Assembly: GCA_049969675.1 (NCBI GenBank)
Contig: JBMFOP010000033.1
Span: forward strand, 1-30,301
Reading direction: 5' to 3'
Source: Myxococcota bacterium
Lineage (GTDB): Bacteria > Myxococcota > SpSt-1050
DNA: 30,301 bases
In this document: piece after piece, positions 17,667 through 27,125 of the stretch
Layout of the letters: the number at the start of each line of letters is the position of its first letter
Numbering within the stretch: position 1 is the first letter of the stretch
Made by a program: the position numbers and the translations under genes
The notes under the pieces: generated by a model
The model's input: the letters and a program-made list of their open reading frames with translations, nothing else
The model's database searches: none
Told to the model about the DNA's origin: nothing

Positions 17667-19640
17667 TCATTTATTAATAAAGATCTCTGTGTAATCATCT
17701 TTTAATAGATTCTGTTCCGAAAGTCTGAAGAGTTGAATGAGCTGGGATATCAATGCCGCCTTTTTGATGGCGTCATTCTCTGACCATGTCCTGCTTTTGA
17801 TCTCAATAAAGTTTCCCCCTCCGGTTGGATTTGTAATCTCATCAACATTTATTGCAAAATCTATTCCTTTATAGAGAATTCTGTATCGCTTCCTCTTCTT
17901 ATTGATCTCGAAGATCCTGTCGGGCTGGAAATACTCTTTATAAAATCTCAAAGATTTGTCAGCGATAGATGAGAAGCAGGAACCGGAGAGCAATACAAAG
18001 TTTGGAAACTCCTTTTCATAAGCCCTATCCACAAGGGTAAGCGTATAGATAGTTTCAATGAGCCTCCCGTTCTCTGTTACCTCATCCTCTCTATACCTTA
18101 TCTTTGCAGTCTGGTTATTAAAGAGGAGATATGTATCAAACTGGTCACGGGTGGATTTTCGTATAAGTTTGATATTCTCATTTGCAATCAGTTCATCAAT
18201 ATCCACGGTCTTATCTACCTTTGTTTTCACCTGAACCTCAAATGTCTCCTTCCATTCAATACCGCCTATCGCAAGCAACTTATCCACAAGACTTGATTCA
18301 CGTTTATACATAAATGCAGTGATATCTCCTGAGAGTGACTCTATATGTTTAAGGATATAATCCTCATCCATGGTCAGAATCTTTCTATCAAGCATAATCA
18401 CCTTTCCATCAATTATCACATCATTTACATCTGAGGCCTTGGCTGCATATACTATCCGGGAATATACACTGTCCTGTAAAATATTGTACGCAGGTATATT
18501 GTGAACACCGCTCATATCCAGAGTAATTATATCTGCCCTTTTGCCCACTTCAATGGAACCTATCTGACTCTCAAGTCCAATTGCCCTTGCACCTTCAATT
18601 GTTGCCATACGAATGACCTTTCTGGCTGGCACCACTGTTGGATTAAAGAGCATCCCCTTGGGCAGCAGGGCTGTCAATCTCATCTCCTCAATCATATCGT
18701 GGTCATTATTTGAGCCGGCGCCATCAGTCCCGATTGCTACATTTATTCCATTTTCAATCATTGCCGCAACGGGGGCGATTCCACTCGCAAGCTTCAAGTT
18801 ACTGGTTGGGTTATGGGCTACTCCCACATTCCGCCCTGACAGTATCTTCATATCATTTTCATTGATATGCACGCAGTGGGCAGCGATGGTCTTCACATCA
18901 AAGACTCCAAGACTCTCAAGATACTCTATAGGTGACATCCCCCACTCTCTTCTTGCACTCTCCACCTCAAATGAGGTCTCAGCAAGATGTATAAGAACCG
19001 GGATATTGTAATCCTCTGCTATCTTCCTTGCCTCCTTCAAAATCTCCGGAGTGCAGGTATAAGGAGCATGCGGTGCAATGGCTGGAGTAATCAATCTATG
19101 TCCTCTCCACTCCTCAATAAATGCCCTTGCATACTTAAATCCAATATCATAAGAGATGGCATCAGGGGAAGGGAATTTGAGCACAGTCTCACCGCATATC
19201 CCTCTCATACCAAGTTCGGAGGCAGCGCCTGCTATTACATCTTCATAGTAGTACATATCCACAAAACAGGTCGTGCCACTCTTTATCATCTCAAGGGCAG
19301 AGAGCAATGTCCCCCACCTGCAGAATTCCTTGTTTACAAAGTTCTTCTCAACAGGGAATATATACCCGTATAACCAGACATCAAGTCTCAGGTCATCTGC
19401 AATCCCTCTCACAAGACTCATAGGCAGATGTGTATGTGCGTTTATCAGCCCGGGCATCACAATCCTCTGCGAACAATCAATGACAGTTGCGGCAGAATAT
19501 TGGCTCAGGGCATTATCTCCTATGTATTTTATCTCCCCATCCAGAATTACAATATCAGCATTATTGAGTATTCGTTCAGATTTATCCATCGTGACAACTG
19601 TCCCACCTCTTATAATTACATCTGCCTTCTGTAACATCAC
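17667..19640 (-). CDS. mtaD: 5'-methylthioadenosine/S-adenosylhomocysteine deaminase-like amidohydrolase fused to a C-terminal CYTH-like domain
   Basis: PGLINAHTH, GTTCFVDMY, PHAPYT, IHLAET, AAHCVH, HNPTSNLKLASG, GTDGAGSNN. About 195 extra C-terminal aa carry FEVQVK, DTY, RYR, KKRKRY, NVD and FIEIK. Confidence 0.85.
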   Translation of the reverse strand: MMLQKADVIIRGGTVVTMDKSERILNNADIVILDGEIKYIGDNALSQYSAATVIDCSQRIVMPGLINAHTHLPMSLVRGIADDLRLDVWLYGYIFPVEKNFVNKEFCRWGTLLSALEMIKSGTTCFVDMYYYEDVIAGAASELGMRGICGETVLKFPSPDAISYDIGFKYARAFIEEWRGHRLITPAIAPHAPYTCTPEILKEARKIAEDYNIPVLIHLAETSFEVESARREWGMSPIEYLESLGVFDVKTIAAHCVHINENDMKILSGRNVGVAHNPTSNLKLASGIAPVAAMIENGINVAIGTDGAGSNNDHDMIEEMRLTALLPKGMLFNPTVVPARKVIRMATIEGARAIGLESQIGSIEVGKRADIITLDMSGVHNIPAYNILQDSVYSRIVYAAKASDVNDVIIDGKVIMLDRKILTMDEDYILKHIESLSGDITAFMYKRESSLVDKLLAIGGIEWKETFEVQVKTKVDKTVDIDELIANENIKLIRKSTRDQFDTYLLFNNQTAKIRYREDEVTENGRLIETIYTLTLVDRAYEKEFPNFVLLSGSCFSSIADKSLRFYKEYFQPDRIFEINKKRKRYRILYKGIDFAINVDEITNPTGGGNFIEIKSRTWSENDAIKKAALISQLIQLFRLSEQNLLKDDYTEIFINK

Positions 19641-19680
19641 TCACCTGCCTGAATATATTTTATAAGAGATTGTGTACACA

Positions 19681-20610
19681 CTATTTCGCTGGCTGCTGGG
19701 TGGGTTGCTCTTTCTTCCCCTCAATAAATTCTTCATTGAGTTTTACATTCCCACTCTCTTTTAGCCCTTTAAGGAAGTTCTGATAGATCTCATTTCTCTT
19801 AATTGTAGCAAGTCTTGCCTTAAGAGAGTCCTTCACCTCCTCAAAGCCTCTACTCTGCGGTGGAATCTTCTTAATAAATTTTATAACATGATACCCCTGT
19901 GAGGTCTTAACCGGCCCAATTATTTCATTAGGCTTTTTTGCAGAGAATGCCGCCTGTGCAATATCGGGCCTTGCATCCCTTGTAAAAGGTGGAAGGTCAC
20001 CAGCCCTGCTCTTTGTAAACTGGTCAATTGAGAGATTTGATGCAAGGGTTCCAAAGTCCTCACCCTTCTTTAACCTCAAAATTATATCAGCCGCCTCTTT
20101 CTCCTGAGAGAGGACCATATCCATTATCTTGACCTGTTCCGGGACATTAAACTCCCTATCGTGTTCTTTATAGTATTTCTCAGCCTCTTCATCAGAGACC
20201 TTTATCTCCTCCTTTATCAGGTCCTTCTGAATAAACTCTGTCATTAGTTGCCTCTTATAATTCTCTATCCTGTTTATATAATCGGGATTCTTATCAAGTC
20301 CACGCCTTTTAAACTCCTGCTCAATCAATCTTGAATTAATCAGGGTATCAATTATATACTTCTTACCCTGCGGTGAGTTTGCCCACTCCCTCTGCCCCTG
20401 AGGAAGGGTATTCACATACTTATCAAAGTCATCCTTTGTAATCTCCTCAGAACCTACAACCGCCACTACATCCTGAGAAATACCACCTTTAGGCTTTGGT
20501 GTCTGCTTTACCATACCGGGCTCCTGAACCTTCTCCTCATCCTTCTCATTGCAGGCAAAGAAAAGTCCCAACACAATAAATACGATTGTAATAACTGCCA
20601 GTCTCTTCAT
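19681..20610 (-). CDS. Parvulin-type peptidyl-prolyl isomerase lipoprotein (PrsA/SurA-like foldase)
   Basis: FFA-C lipobox, GEDFGTLASNLSID, GDL, GPVKTSQGYHVIK. SD AAGGAGG. Confidence 0.9.
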   Translation of the reverse strand: MKRLAVITIVFIVLGLFFACNEKDEEKVQEPGMVKQTPKPKGGISQDVVAVVGSEEITKDDFDKYVNTLPQGQREWANSPQGKKYIIDTLINSRLIEQEFKRRGLDKNPDYINRIENYKRQLMTEFIQKDLIKEEIKVSDEEAEKYYKEHDREFNVPEQVKIMDMVLSQEKEAADIILRLKKGEDFGTLASNLSIDQFTKSRAGDLPPFTRDARPDIAQAAFSAKKPNEIIGPVKTSQGYHVIKFIKKIPPQSRGFEEVKDSLKARLATIKRNEIYQNFLKGLKESGNVKLNEEFIEGKKEQPTQQPAK

Positions 20611-20628
20611 AATAAAAACCTCCTTAAA

Positions 20629-21444
20629 TTAGATAACAGGCTTTGATGAGATAACACAACTAATCTCAGCAGTCAAGGTTATAGGTTTCTCCTCCAGAAC
20701 CTCAATTAATAGATCCTTCACCCTGCTGGTAGTCTCTTCCCAGTTCACAATAGATGAGACAGAGTACTTAAAGAGAGGAAGGATAATAAAATAAAAATAG
20801 GGCATATCCATAATGTTGGCACCGCTCTCAAAATTGATTGAGATGCTCCTCTTCTCTCTCCGAATGACATCCAGTCCAAAAGATGAGAATGTCTCTTCTA
20901 TCTCATCCTCTGCAATAAGATTATTTAGTGCCTCCTCCATCGCTATAAGATATGGATTTTCATCAATGGTCTTTAATATACCAATATAGTGTTCAAAGAA
21001 ATCCTTAAAAGCCCCTTTGTGAACCAATGTGCATATAAATGCACCACCAGCCGTCAGATAGTCCCTTATCCTCTCAACACTCTTATGTGAATGCTTATTT
21101 ATATTTGAATTGGAGAGGAATACATAGTCAAACACCCCTTTATCAAAATTTGATAGCTCAGAATCTTTCTTAAAATATATTACATTCTGAAATGCGAGTG
21201 TTGCCTCCTTTGCAAACTGGAGCATATCTCTTGAGGGGTCAATTGCGATTATTGAACTATTATCCGGAACTCGTTTAGCAAGTTCATATGTCAGAAATCC
21301 ATTTCTACAGTTTATCTCAAGCGCCTTTACCGGCACCCTCGGCTTATCAAACAATTTTAGTATCAGATTTGAATGTTTCTTCTGCCATATCGGGAAGATT
21401 AACTGATTATAAAGTTCAACAATTGTCTTATCCCTTTGCTCCAT
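20629..21444 (-). CDS. Class I SAM-dependent methyltransferase-fold protein (degenerate motif I)
   Basis: ALEINCRNG (motif I), IIAIDPSRDML, FDYVF, LTAGGAF. Start uncertain (21444 ATG or 21483 TTG). Confidence 0.7.
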   Translation of the reverse strand: MEQRDKTIVELYNQLIFPIWQKKHSNLILKLFDKPRVPVKALEINCRNGFLTYELAKRVPDNSSIIAIDPSRDMLQFAKEATLAFQNVIYFKKDSELSNFDKGVFDYVFLSNSNINKHSHKSVERIRDYLTAGGAFICTLVHKGAFKDFFEHYIGILKTIDENPYLIAMEEALNNLIAEDEIEETFSSFGLDVIRREKRSISINFESGANIMDMPYFYFIILPLFKYSVSSIVNWEETTSRVKDLLIEVLEEKPITLTAEISCVISSKPVI

Positions 21445-21569
21445 ATCGTTGCGTATAATAATATTTTTATAAGGAAATGGCAATAACTAAATTATGTCAA
21501 TATTTACAATATACTTTGCTCGTTCTCACCATAAATCGCAAATCTTCAATAAATGATTTTAGCTATAAT

Positions 21570-22253
21570 TTACTCTTTTTTCAGAATCTTTACCTCTATC
21601 TTACCATTTAAGGCGTCTGCGAATTTTCTGGCATCTGCATCACTTCCTACAATCTCTCCATAGTGCATAGGAATTGCAACCTTTGGTTTTATGTCAAGAG
21701 CCGCTTTTACGGCCTCATCCGCAGTCATAACATAGGTACCGGATACCGGAAGAAGTGCTATATCAGTCTTAAAGTTTTTCATCTCAGGTATATAGTCTGT
21801 ATCACCTGCTATGTAAATTCTAATCCCCTTTGCCTTGAAGATATAGCCCACCCAGTTATTGCCCTTTGGATGAAATTTCTTATTGATATTGTATGCCGGG
21901 ACCGCCTCTATCTCAATGCCCTCAACAGTTAATCTTTCTCCCGGTTTTACCGTCTTTACCTGACCCTTGAGTTTCTCTTTACAATCTGGAGTTGTAACAA
22001 TAATGGTGCTCTCCTTTGTTATTTTAGCAATATCCTCCACCGAGCAGTGGTCAAAGTGATCGTGAGTAATTAAAATTATGTCAGCCTTCTCCCCTTCCTT
22101 TATCCTGAAAGGGTCGGTATAGATGATCTTTTCGGCATCAATCCTGAATGAATCATGCCCGAGCCAGTGAATGAACGAAATATCCATCTTCTCACCTCCA
22201 TATAGATATCCTGTTGTTAGAAATAAAAAAAATAAGACCTGAAGGGTTCTCAT
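21570..22253 (-). CDS. MBL-fold metallo-hydrolase
   Basis: WLGHDSFRI, THDHFDH (HxHxDH), YIAGDT, PMHY. Starts at 22253 and 22187 both have SD sequences. Confidence 0.9.
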   Translation of the reverse strand: MRTLQVLFFLFLTTGYLYGGEKMDISFIHWLGHDSFRIDAEKIIYTDPFRIKEGEKADIILITHDHFDHCSVEDIAKITKESTIIVTTPDCKEKLKGQVKTVKPGERLTVEGIEIEAVPAYNINKKFHPKGNNWVGYIFKAKGIRIYIAGDTDYIPEMKNFKTDIALLPVSGTYVMTADEAVKAALDIKPKVAIPMHYGEIVGSDADARKFADALNGKIEVKILKKE

Positions 22254-22279
22254 CTGTAAACCTCCTATCAAAGTCTTGA

Positions 22280-23926
22280 TTATGAGTCATGCTCCTTCCT
22301 CTCTGAAAGGAGTTGGTATGCTATCTCTATAGCCTTCTTTATCTTCTCTTTGACCTTCTCCTCAACTCTGAGTTTATTCATCAGTTTATTTGCCTTCTCT
22401 TCAAGAGCCCTCTTCTCCTCCATAAGAGCCTTCTTCTCCTCTGTAAACTGATTCCTCTCCAGCTCAAATGCATTTTCAAGGGTAGCCTTATCATCTCTCA
22501 TCTGATTCAGGTCATCTTCCAGAGCCTTCTTATCTGCCTCCATATGTAGCATCTTCTCTTTCAATTCAGCGATATTCTTCTTGAGGTCTTCGGCTTCAAA
22601 CTTAAATGGTGCAAGTTCATTGACCTGTTTCTGAAGGTCGTTTATTTTCATCTCAAGCTCTTTTATGACTGTATCCTTCGTCTTAATCAACTTTTCAAGT
22701 TCGCCCGTCTTACCTTTGCTCTCCTGTGCATCTTTGCGATGTGTCTCAATCTCACCCTGAAGATTTGCTATCTGCTCCATCAGTGCTGCCAGTCTCTCAT
22801 CAGCCTCTCTCTCCTTCTTATCCATCTCCTCCTGAAGTTTGTGAATCTCCTCCTGCCTTGAGGCAATCTGGGTCAGAAGTTCTGTTACCTGTGAATCAAG
22901 TCTCTGCCGTTTGGATATCTCCTCCTGTAATTCCCTCTCCTTTTCCTTCAACCTGTTATTGAGCTCAGCGGTCGCAGAGGATCCGGATGCCTCCTTTGTC
23001 TTCTGAGTCTGTCTGAGTTCCTCTAACTGCCTCTTCAGGGTATTGATCTCTGAAAGTAGATTCTTATTCTCTTCTTCAAGAGACTTTAGTTTCCTGTCGT
23101 CAAAAGATTCTTTTGACCTTGGGACGACTACCTCTTCTCTCTCCTCCTTCTCCTCAATAGATATATCCCCGATGTCTCCCTTGAGAGAGTCAAGTTCTTT
23201 ATCAATTTCAGATGAATCAGATTCAATGGCGATATCATCAGCCGAGATCCCATCTTTCTTCAATTCATCCTCAATGGAGATATCAAGGGCTGCATCCTCA
23301 GAGCTTGCAACCGGTTCCTTTATCTCCTCAAAGGCGCTATCAAGTGCATTCAGGTCATCGTCTTTGAAGAGGTCTCCCTCCGACTTATGTGCACTCTCTT
23401 CTGCAGGCGACTCCTCAACAACAAGATTGCTCAGTTCCTCTTCGGAGAGATTTATCTCTTCTTCTTTAGGTTCTGATGCCTCCTCTTTTATATCTACATC
23501 ATCAAGTGAGAGTTCAATCTCCTCTTCAACACCCTCTGATACCTCTGGCAGACCTATAAGATTTTTAATTCTATCAATTAACTCTTTTGGTTCAAACGGC
23601 TTTATCAGATATTCCTCCGCATGCGTCTTGAGTTTCTTATGTTGCTCAAAGGTCTCTGGTGTGGCTTCGCTTGAGATAAGGATGAGCGGAATAGATTTTA
23701 GTTTATTATCTTTTTTTAATTTATTGCATATTGAATAACCACTTGTCTCTGGGAGTTCAACACAGAGTACGATGAGGTCTGTGGGACTCTTCTTAATAAA
23801 ATCCAGTCCCTCATCTCCGTTGGGGAAGATATCTACCTCAAATCCCTTTTTGTTTAGTTCATTTTTGAGAATATTTGCAAAATCTCTCTCTGCCTCAATA
23901 AGGGTAATATGTCTCTTCTCTGCCAT
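22280..23926 (-). CDS. FrzS/AglZ-like pseudo-receiver + acidic linker + coiled-coil protein
   Basis: Receiver fold with Cys in place of the phospho-Asp (DLIVLCVELP), GYSICNKLKKD, QHKKLKTHAEEY..KP. Followed by an E/D-rich linker and a long heptad coiled coil. ATG at 23926 preferred. Confidence 0.82.
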   Translation of the reverse strand: MAEKRHITLIEAERDFANILKNELNKKGFEVDIFPNGDEGLDFIKKSPTDLIVLCVELPETSGYSICNKLKKDNKLKSIPLILISSEATPETFEQHKKLKTHAEEYLIKPFEPKELIDRIKNLIGLPEVSEGVEEEIELSLDDVDIKEEASEPKEEEINLSEEELSNLVVEESPAEESAHKSEGDLFKDDDLNALDSAFEEIKEPVASSEDAALDISIEDELKKDGISADDIAIESDSSEIDKELDSLKGDIGDISIEEKEEREEVVVPRSKESFDDRKLKSLEEENKNLLSEINTLKRQLEELRQTQKTKEASGSSATAELNNRLKEKERELQEEISKRQRLDSQVTELLTQIASRQEEIHKLQEEMDKKEREADERLAALMEQIANLQGEIETHRKDAQESKGKTGELEKLIKTKDTVIKELEMKINDLQKQVNELAPFKFEAEDLKKNIAELKEKMLHMEADKKALEDDLNQMRDDKATLENAFELERNQFTEEKKALMEEKRALEEKANKLMNKLRVEEKVKEKIKKAIEIAYQLLSERKEHDS

Positions 23927-23966
23927 AATATAAAATCCTTTCTCTTGATATGAAAGAGCAGGTAAA

Positions 23967-23996
23967 ATAATATGATAATTTAACACCATTTGTCAA
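23967..23996 (-). promoter_or_regulatory. Candidate sigma70 promoter for the FrzS-like gene
   Basis: TTGACA (23996-23991), 18-nt spacer, TATTAT (23972-23967). Confidence 0.45.
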
Positions 23997-24119
23997 ACCT
24001 AAAATTAACAATTTAAAGAGAATGGTGTCCGCAGATAAAGTCTGACAATCCCATCCAGAATCTATTGTTCTGGTTGATGATTACCTCTTTTTTTGATATG
24101 AACATTTTTATATTGTGAG

Positions 24120-24905
24120 GTGTTTATGGATTTCATTGACTTTTCTGAGTTTATAGCAAAGGTAGATGAACTCAACAGGAGAGGTGAGGAGTTTGTAATA
24201 TGTACTGTCGTAGAGAGCATCGGCTCTTCTCCACAAAGGCCCGGTTCAAAGATGGTAGTCGCATCAGACGGCAATACTTATGGGACGGTAGGTGGTGGAA
24301 TTGTGGAATCAAGCACTATTGAGAAGGCAGAAGAGATGCTCAAAAAGAGGCTCTCCCCCACAATAATCGGATTTGAATTAAATGAAAAGGGTGAAGGGCT
24401 CTGTGGTGGCTCAATGAAGATATATCTGGAAGGCATTTATAAGAAATTAAAACTGCTTATATTCGGGGCCGGGCATGTCAGTGAGGCGGTCTGTGATATT
24501 TTTAAGAGATTAAATTACCAGATTACTGTCTTTGACGATAGAGAAGAACGGCTTAATCTACATCCTTTCAGTCATTGTAATAGAATCTGCGCAGAGTATT
24601 CACGGTTAGAGGAGTATATCATTTGTGATGAGGAGACAGATGTCCTGATAATGACTCCAAGCCATAAATACGATTTTGAAGTTGTAAAGAGGCTCTTAAA
24701 GATGCCTTTTCGTTCGCTCGGACTTTTGGGCTCAAAGCGGAAGCGGGTTGAACTCATAGAATATCTACGGTCTGAGGGCTTTAAGGAAGATGCGATTACA
24801 AAGGTCAGAATCCCTGTGGGATTGGAGATCGGTTCACACACACCATACGAGATTGCAATCTCAATTGCGGCAGAGATGATAAAGATGAAAAGAGAGACAG
24901 GATGA
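24120..24905 (+). CDS. xdhC: XdhC/CoxI family molybdoenzyme maturation factor
   Basis: GSSPQRPGSKM, GTVGGG, CGGSM, FGAGHV, GLLGSKRK, PVGLEIGSHTPYEIAISIAAE. Start is 24120 (GTG) or 24126 (ATG). Confidence 0.9.
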   Translation: MFMDFIDFSEFIAKVDELNRRGEEFVICTVVESIGSSPQRPGSKMVVASDGNTYGTVGGGIVESSTIEKAEEMLKKRLSPTIIGFELNEKGEGLCGGSMKIYLEGIYKKLKLLIFGAGHVSEAVCDIFKRLNYQITVFDDREERLNLHPFSHCNRICAEYSRLEEYIICDEETDVLIMTPSHKYDFEVVKRLLKMPFRSLGLLGSKRKRVELIEYLRSEGFKEDAITKVRIPVGLEIGSHTPYEIAISIAAEMIKMKRETG

Positions 24906-25459
24906 AATTATCAGCCATCATACTCGCAGCGGGTGAGGGGAAGAGGATTGGAGTACCCAAAGCCATACTGAGAATTAAAGATGAATTTCTGGCAGATATT
25001 CAGTTTGAACTCCTAAGTTCGCTCAGGATAGAGGATATAAAAATTGTGATAGGGGCAAAGGCATCAGAGATTAAGCGACTCCTCAAGAATAGGAGAGCAG
25101 TGGTGATAAATGAAAAATACAGTGATGGCCAGTTTAGCTCTTTAGTTTGTGGTATAAAGGCAATAGCAGATGCCGATGGTCTGATTATCCTCCCGGTAGA
25201 TACATATCCTCTTGAAAAAGATGTCGTCTCCTGGCTAATCTCTGAATTTGAAAGAGAGTTTGATGCCACAATACCTGTTTATATGGGGAGAAGGGGCCAT
25301 CCGATAATACTCTCCAATACCTTTGCCAGAGGACTATTAAATTATAATATCAGAGAATCAAGGCTGGATTATATTTTGAGGAAATCTAATACTAAACTTG
25401 TTGAAGTCAACACACCAACAATTCTAAACAATGTAAATACAACCAGTGATATCAGGTAG
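24902..25459 (+). CDS. mocA: Molybdenum cofactor cytidylyltransferase-like nucleotidyltransferase
   Basis: ILAAGEGKRIG.PK, GQFSSL..G, PVD.YP, GHPI, NVNT. ATGA overlap with xdhC. Confidence 0.75.
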   Translation: MKLSAIILAAGEGKRIGVPKAILRIKDEFLADIQFELLSSLRIEDIKIVIGAKASEIKRLLKNRRAVVINEKYSDGQFSSLVCGIKAIADADGLIILPVDTYPLEKDVVSWLISEFEREFDATIPVYMGRRGHPIILSNTFARGLLNYNIRESRLDYILRKSNTKLVEVNTPTILNNVNTTSDIR

Positions 25460-25661
25460 TTTTAATAGAGAGTCAACTATTAAGAGTAAATCCTATTAAA
25501 TACGATTCACGAATCACAATCAGGAATAGTAAGCAAAAACGGGGAGTATGAGATAGGGAACTGAAGGGGCTCTTTATTATAACTTCAGTAATCAGGAATA
25601 TTTTTATTTGCTCAAATTGGGCTTATGTGTTAAGAAAAACCTGTCTTTTAAGGAGGAAATT

Positions 25662-27125
25662 ATGAGTAGATTAAGAAGAATCGGAGTAAGCAATAATGAG
25701 CCTCTCCTCTTTGAGATAGAACACTTAACAGATTCAAAGGAGATAAAGACTGAAGGGATTAAGATAGATTCAAAATATATAAGGGATGACTCTCCCCGGA
25801 TACCCGAGCTTGATGAGGTGAGCGTGGTCAGACATTATACAAGGCTTTCTCAGTGGAACTATGGAGTTGATACAGGGATGTACCCTCTCGGTAGTTGCAC
25901 TATGAAATACAATCCGAAATTCAATGAATATGCAGCAAGGCTATATGGCTTCTCGGGTATTCATCCTTATACCCCGGAGGAATTGATGCAGGGGGTCCTC
26001 AGAGTTATCTATGAGACAGAGAGATACCTCTCTGAAATTGGGGGGTTTGAGAGGGTCACGATGCTTCCATCTGCAGGTGCACACGGCGAATTTACCGGTA
26101 TAATGATGGTGAGAAAGTATCATCTTGATAGAGGTAACCCGAGGAAGAAGGTCCTGATTCCGGATACAGCTCATGGGACAAATCCAGCCTCCTGTGCTCT
26201 AAATGGATATGAAGTTGTTCAGATAAAATCTTCATCCGCTGGTTATCTTACAAAGGAGGAGCTCCTAAAACATATAGATGAAGATGTGGCTGCACTTATG
26301 GTCACCAATCCAAACACACTCGGGATCTTTGAAAAGGATATAGCAGAGATTGCGGAGATCCTGCATTCAAGAGGTGCGCTATTATATTGTGATGGTGCAA
26401 ATATGAATTCACTGATAGGTATTGCAAGGCCGGGAGATATGGGGGTGGATGTACTTCAATATAATCTCCACAAATCCTTCTCAACTCCTCACGGCGGTGG
26501 AGGACCCGGCTCTGGACCTGTGGGTGTCTCAAAGAGACTCTCTGATTACCTTCCGGTTCCGGTCGTGGAGAGAGATGGAGATAGATATTATCTCAAATAT
26601 GATTTACCTAAAAGCATCGGTCAGATAAAGGCTTTTATGGGCAACTTTGGAATCATCCTCAGGGCGTATGCATATATTAGAGCGATGGGTGCAGAGGGAC
26701 TTAGGAGGGCAACCGAATTTGCAGTCTTAAATGCAAATTATATCAAAAAACGCCTTTCAGAATACTATCACCTTCCATACAATACACCCTCAATGCATGA
26801 ATGTGTATTTACAGGTAGGAGGCAGGAGGAGAAGGGCGTCACCACAATGGATATTGCAAAGAGGCTTATTGACTATGGATTTCACCCACCTACAGTCTAC
26901 TTCCCTCTGGTGGTTCACGGCGCAATAATGATTGAGCCCACAGAATCAGAGAGCAAGGATTCTCTTGATAAGTTTATTGAGGCAATGATAAATATTGCAA
27001 AAGAGGTAGAGCAGAACCCGCAGTTGGTAAAGGATACACCTGCTCTCTCTCCGATATCAAGGGCAGATGAGGTGAAGGCGGCAAAGGAGCTCAGACTTAC
27101 TTATACATCAAACAGGTGTAGTTGA
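25662..27125 (+). CDS. gcvPB: Glycine dehydrogenase (decarboxylating) subunit 2
   Basis: VVRHYTRLSQ, YPLGSCTMKYNP, AGAHGE, AHGTNPAS, YCDGAN, NLHKSFSTPHGGGGPG, MIEPTESE. SD AGGAGG at 25651-25656 fixes the ATG at 25662. Confidence 0.95.
   Translation: MSRLRRIGVSNNEPLLFEIEHLTDSKEIKTEGIKIDSKYIRDDSPRIPELDEVSVVRHYTRLSQWNYGVDTGMYPLGSCTMKYNPKFNEYAARLYGFSGIHPYTPEELMQGVLRVIYETERYLSEIGGFERVTMLPSAGAHGEFTGIMMVRKYHLDRGNPRKKVLIPDTAHGTNPASCALNGYEVVQIKSSSAGYLTKEELLKHIDEDVAALMVTNPNTLGIFEKDIAEIAEILHSRGALLYCDGANMNSLIGIARPGDMGVDVLQYNLHKSFSTPHGGGGPGSGPVGVSKRLSDYLPVPVVERDGDRYYLKYDLPKSIGQIKAFMGNFGIILRAYAYIRAMGAEGLRRATEFAVLNANYIKKRLSEYYHLPYNTPSMHECVFTGRRQEEKGVTTMDIAKRLIDYGFHPPTVYFPLVVHGAIMIEPTESESKDSLDKFIEAMINIAKEVEQNPQLVKDTPALSPISRADEVKAAKELRLTYTSNRCS

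Noticed and set aside
23043..23738. 231-aa Ser-rich plus-strand ORF, and the other short antisense/nested ORFs in the track
   Set aside because: These are antisense shadows of well-supported genes (Glu/Asp codons read as Ser/Phe) with no motifs or SDs.
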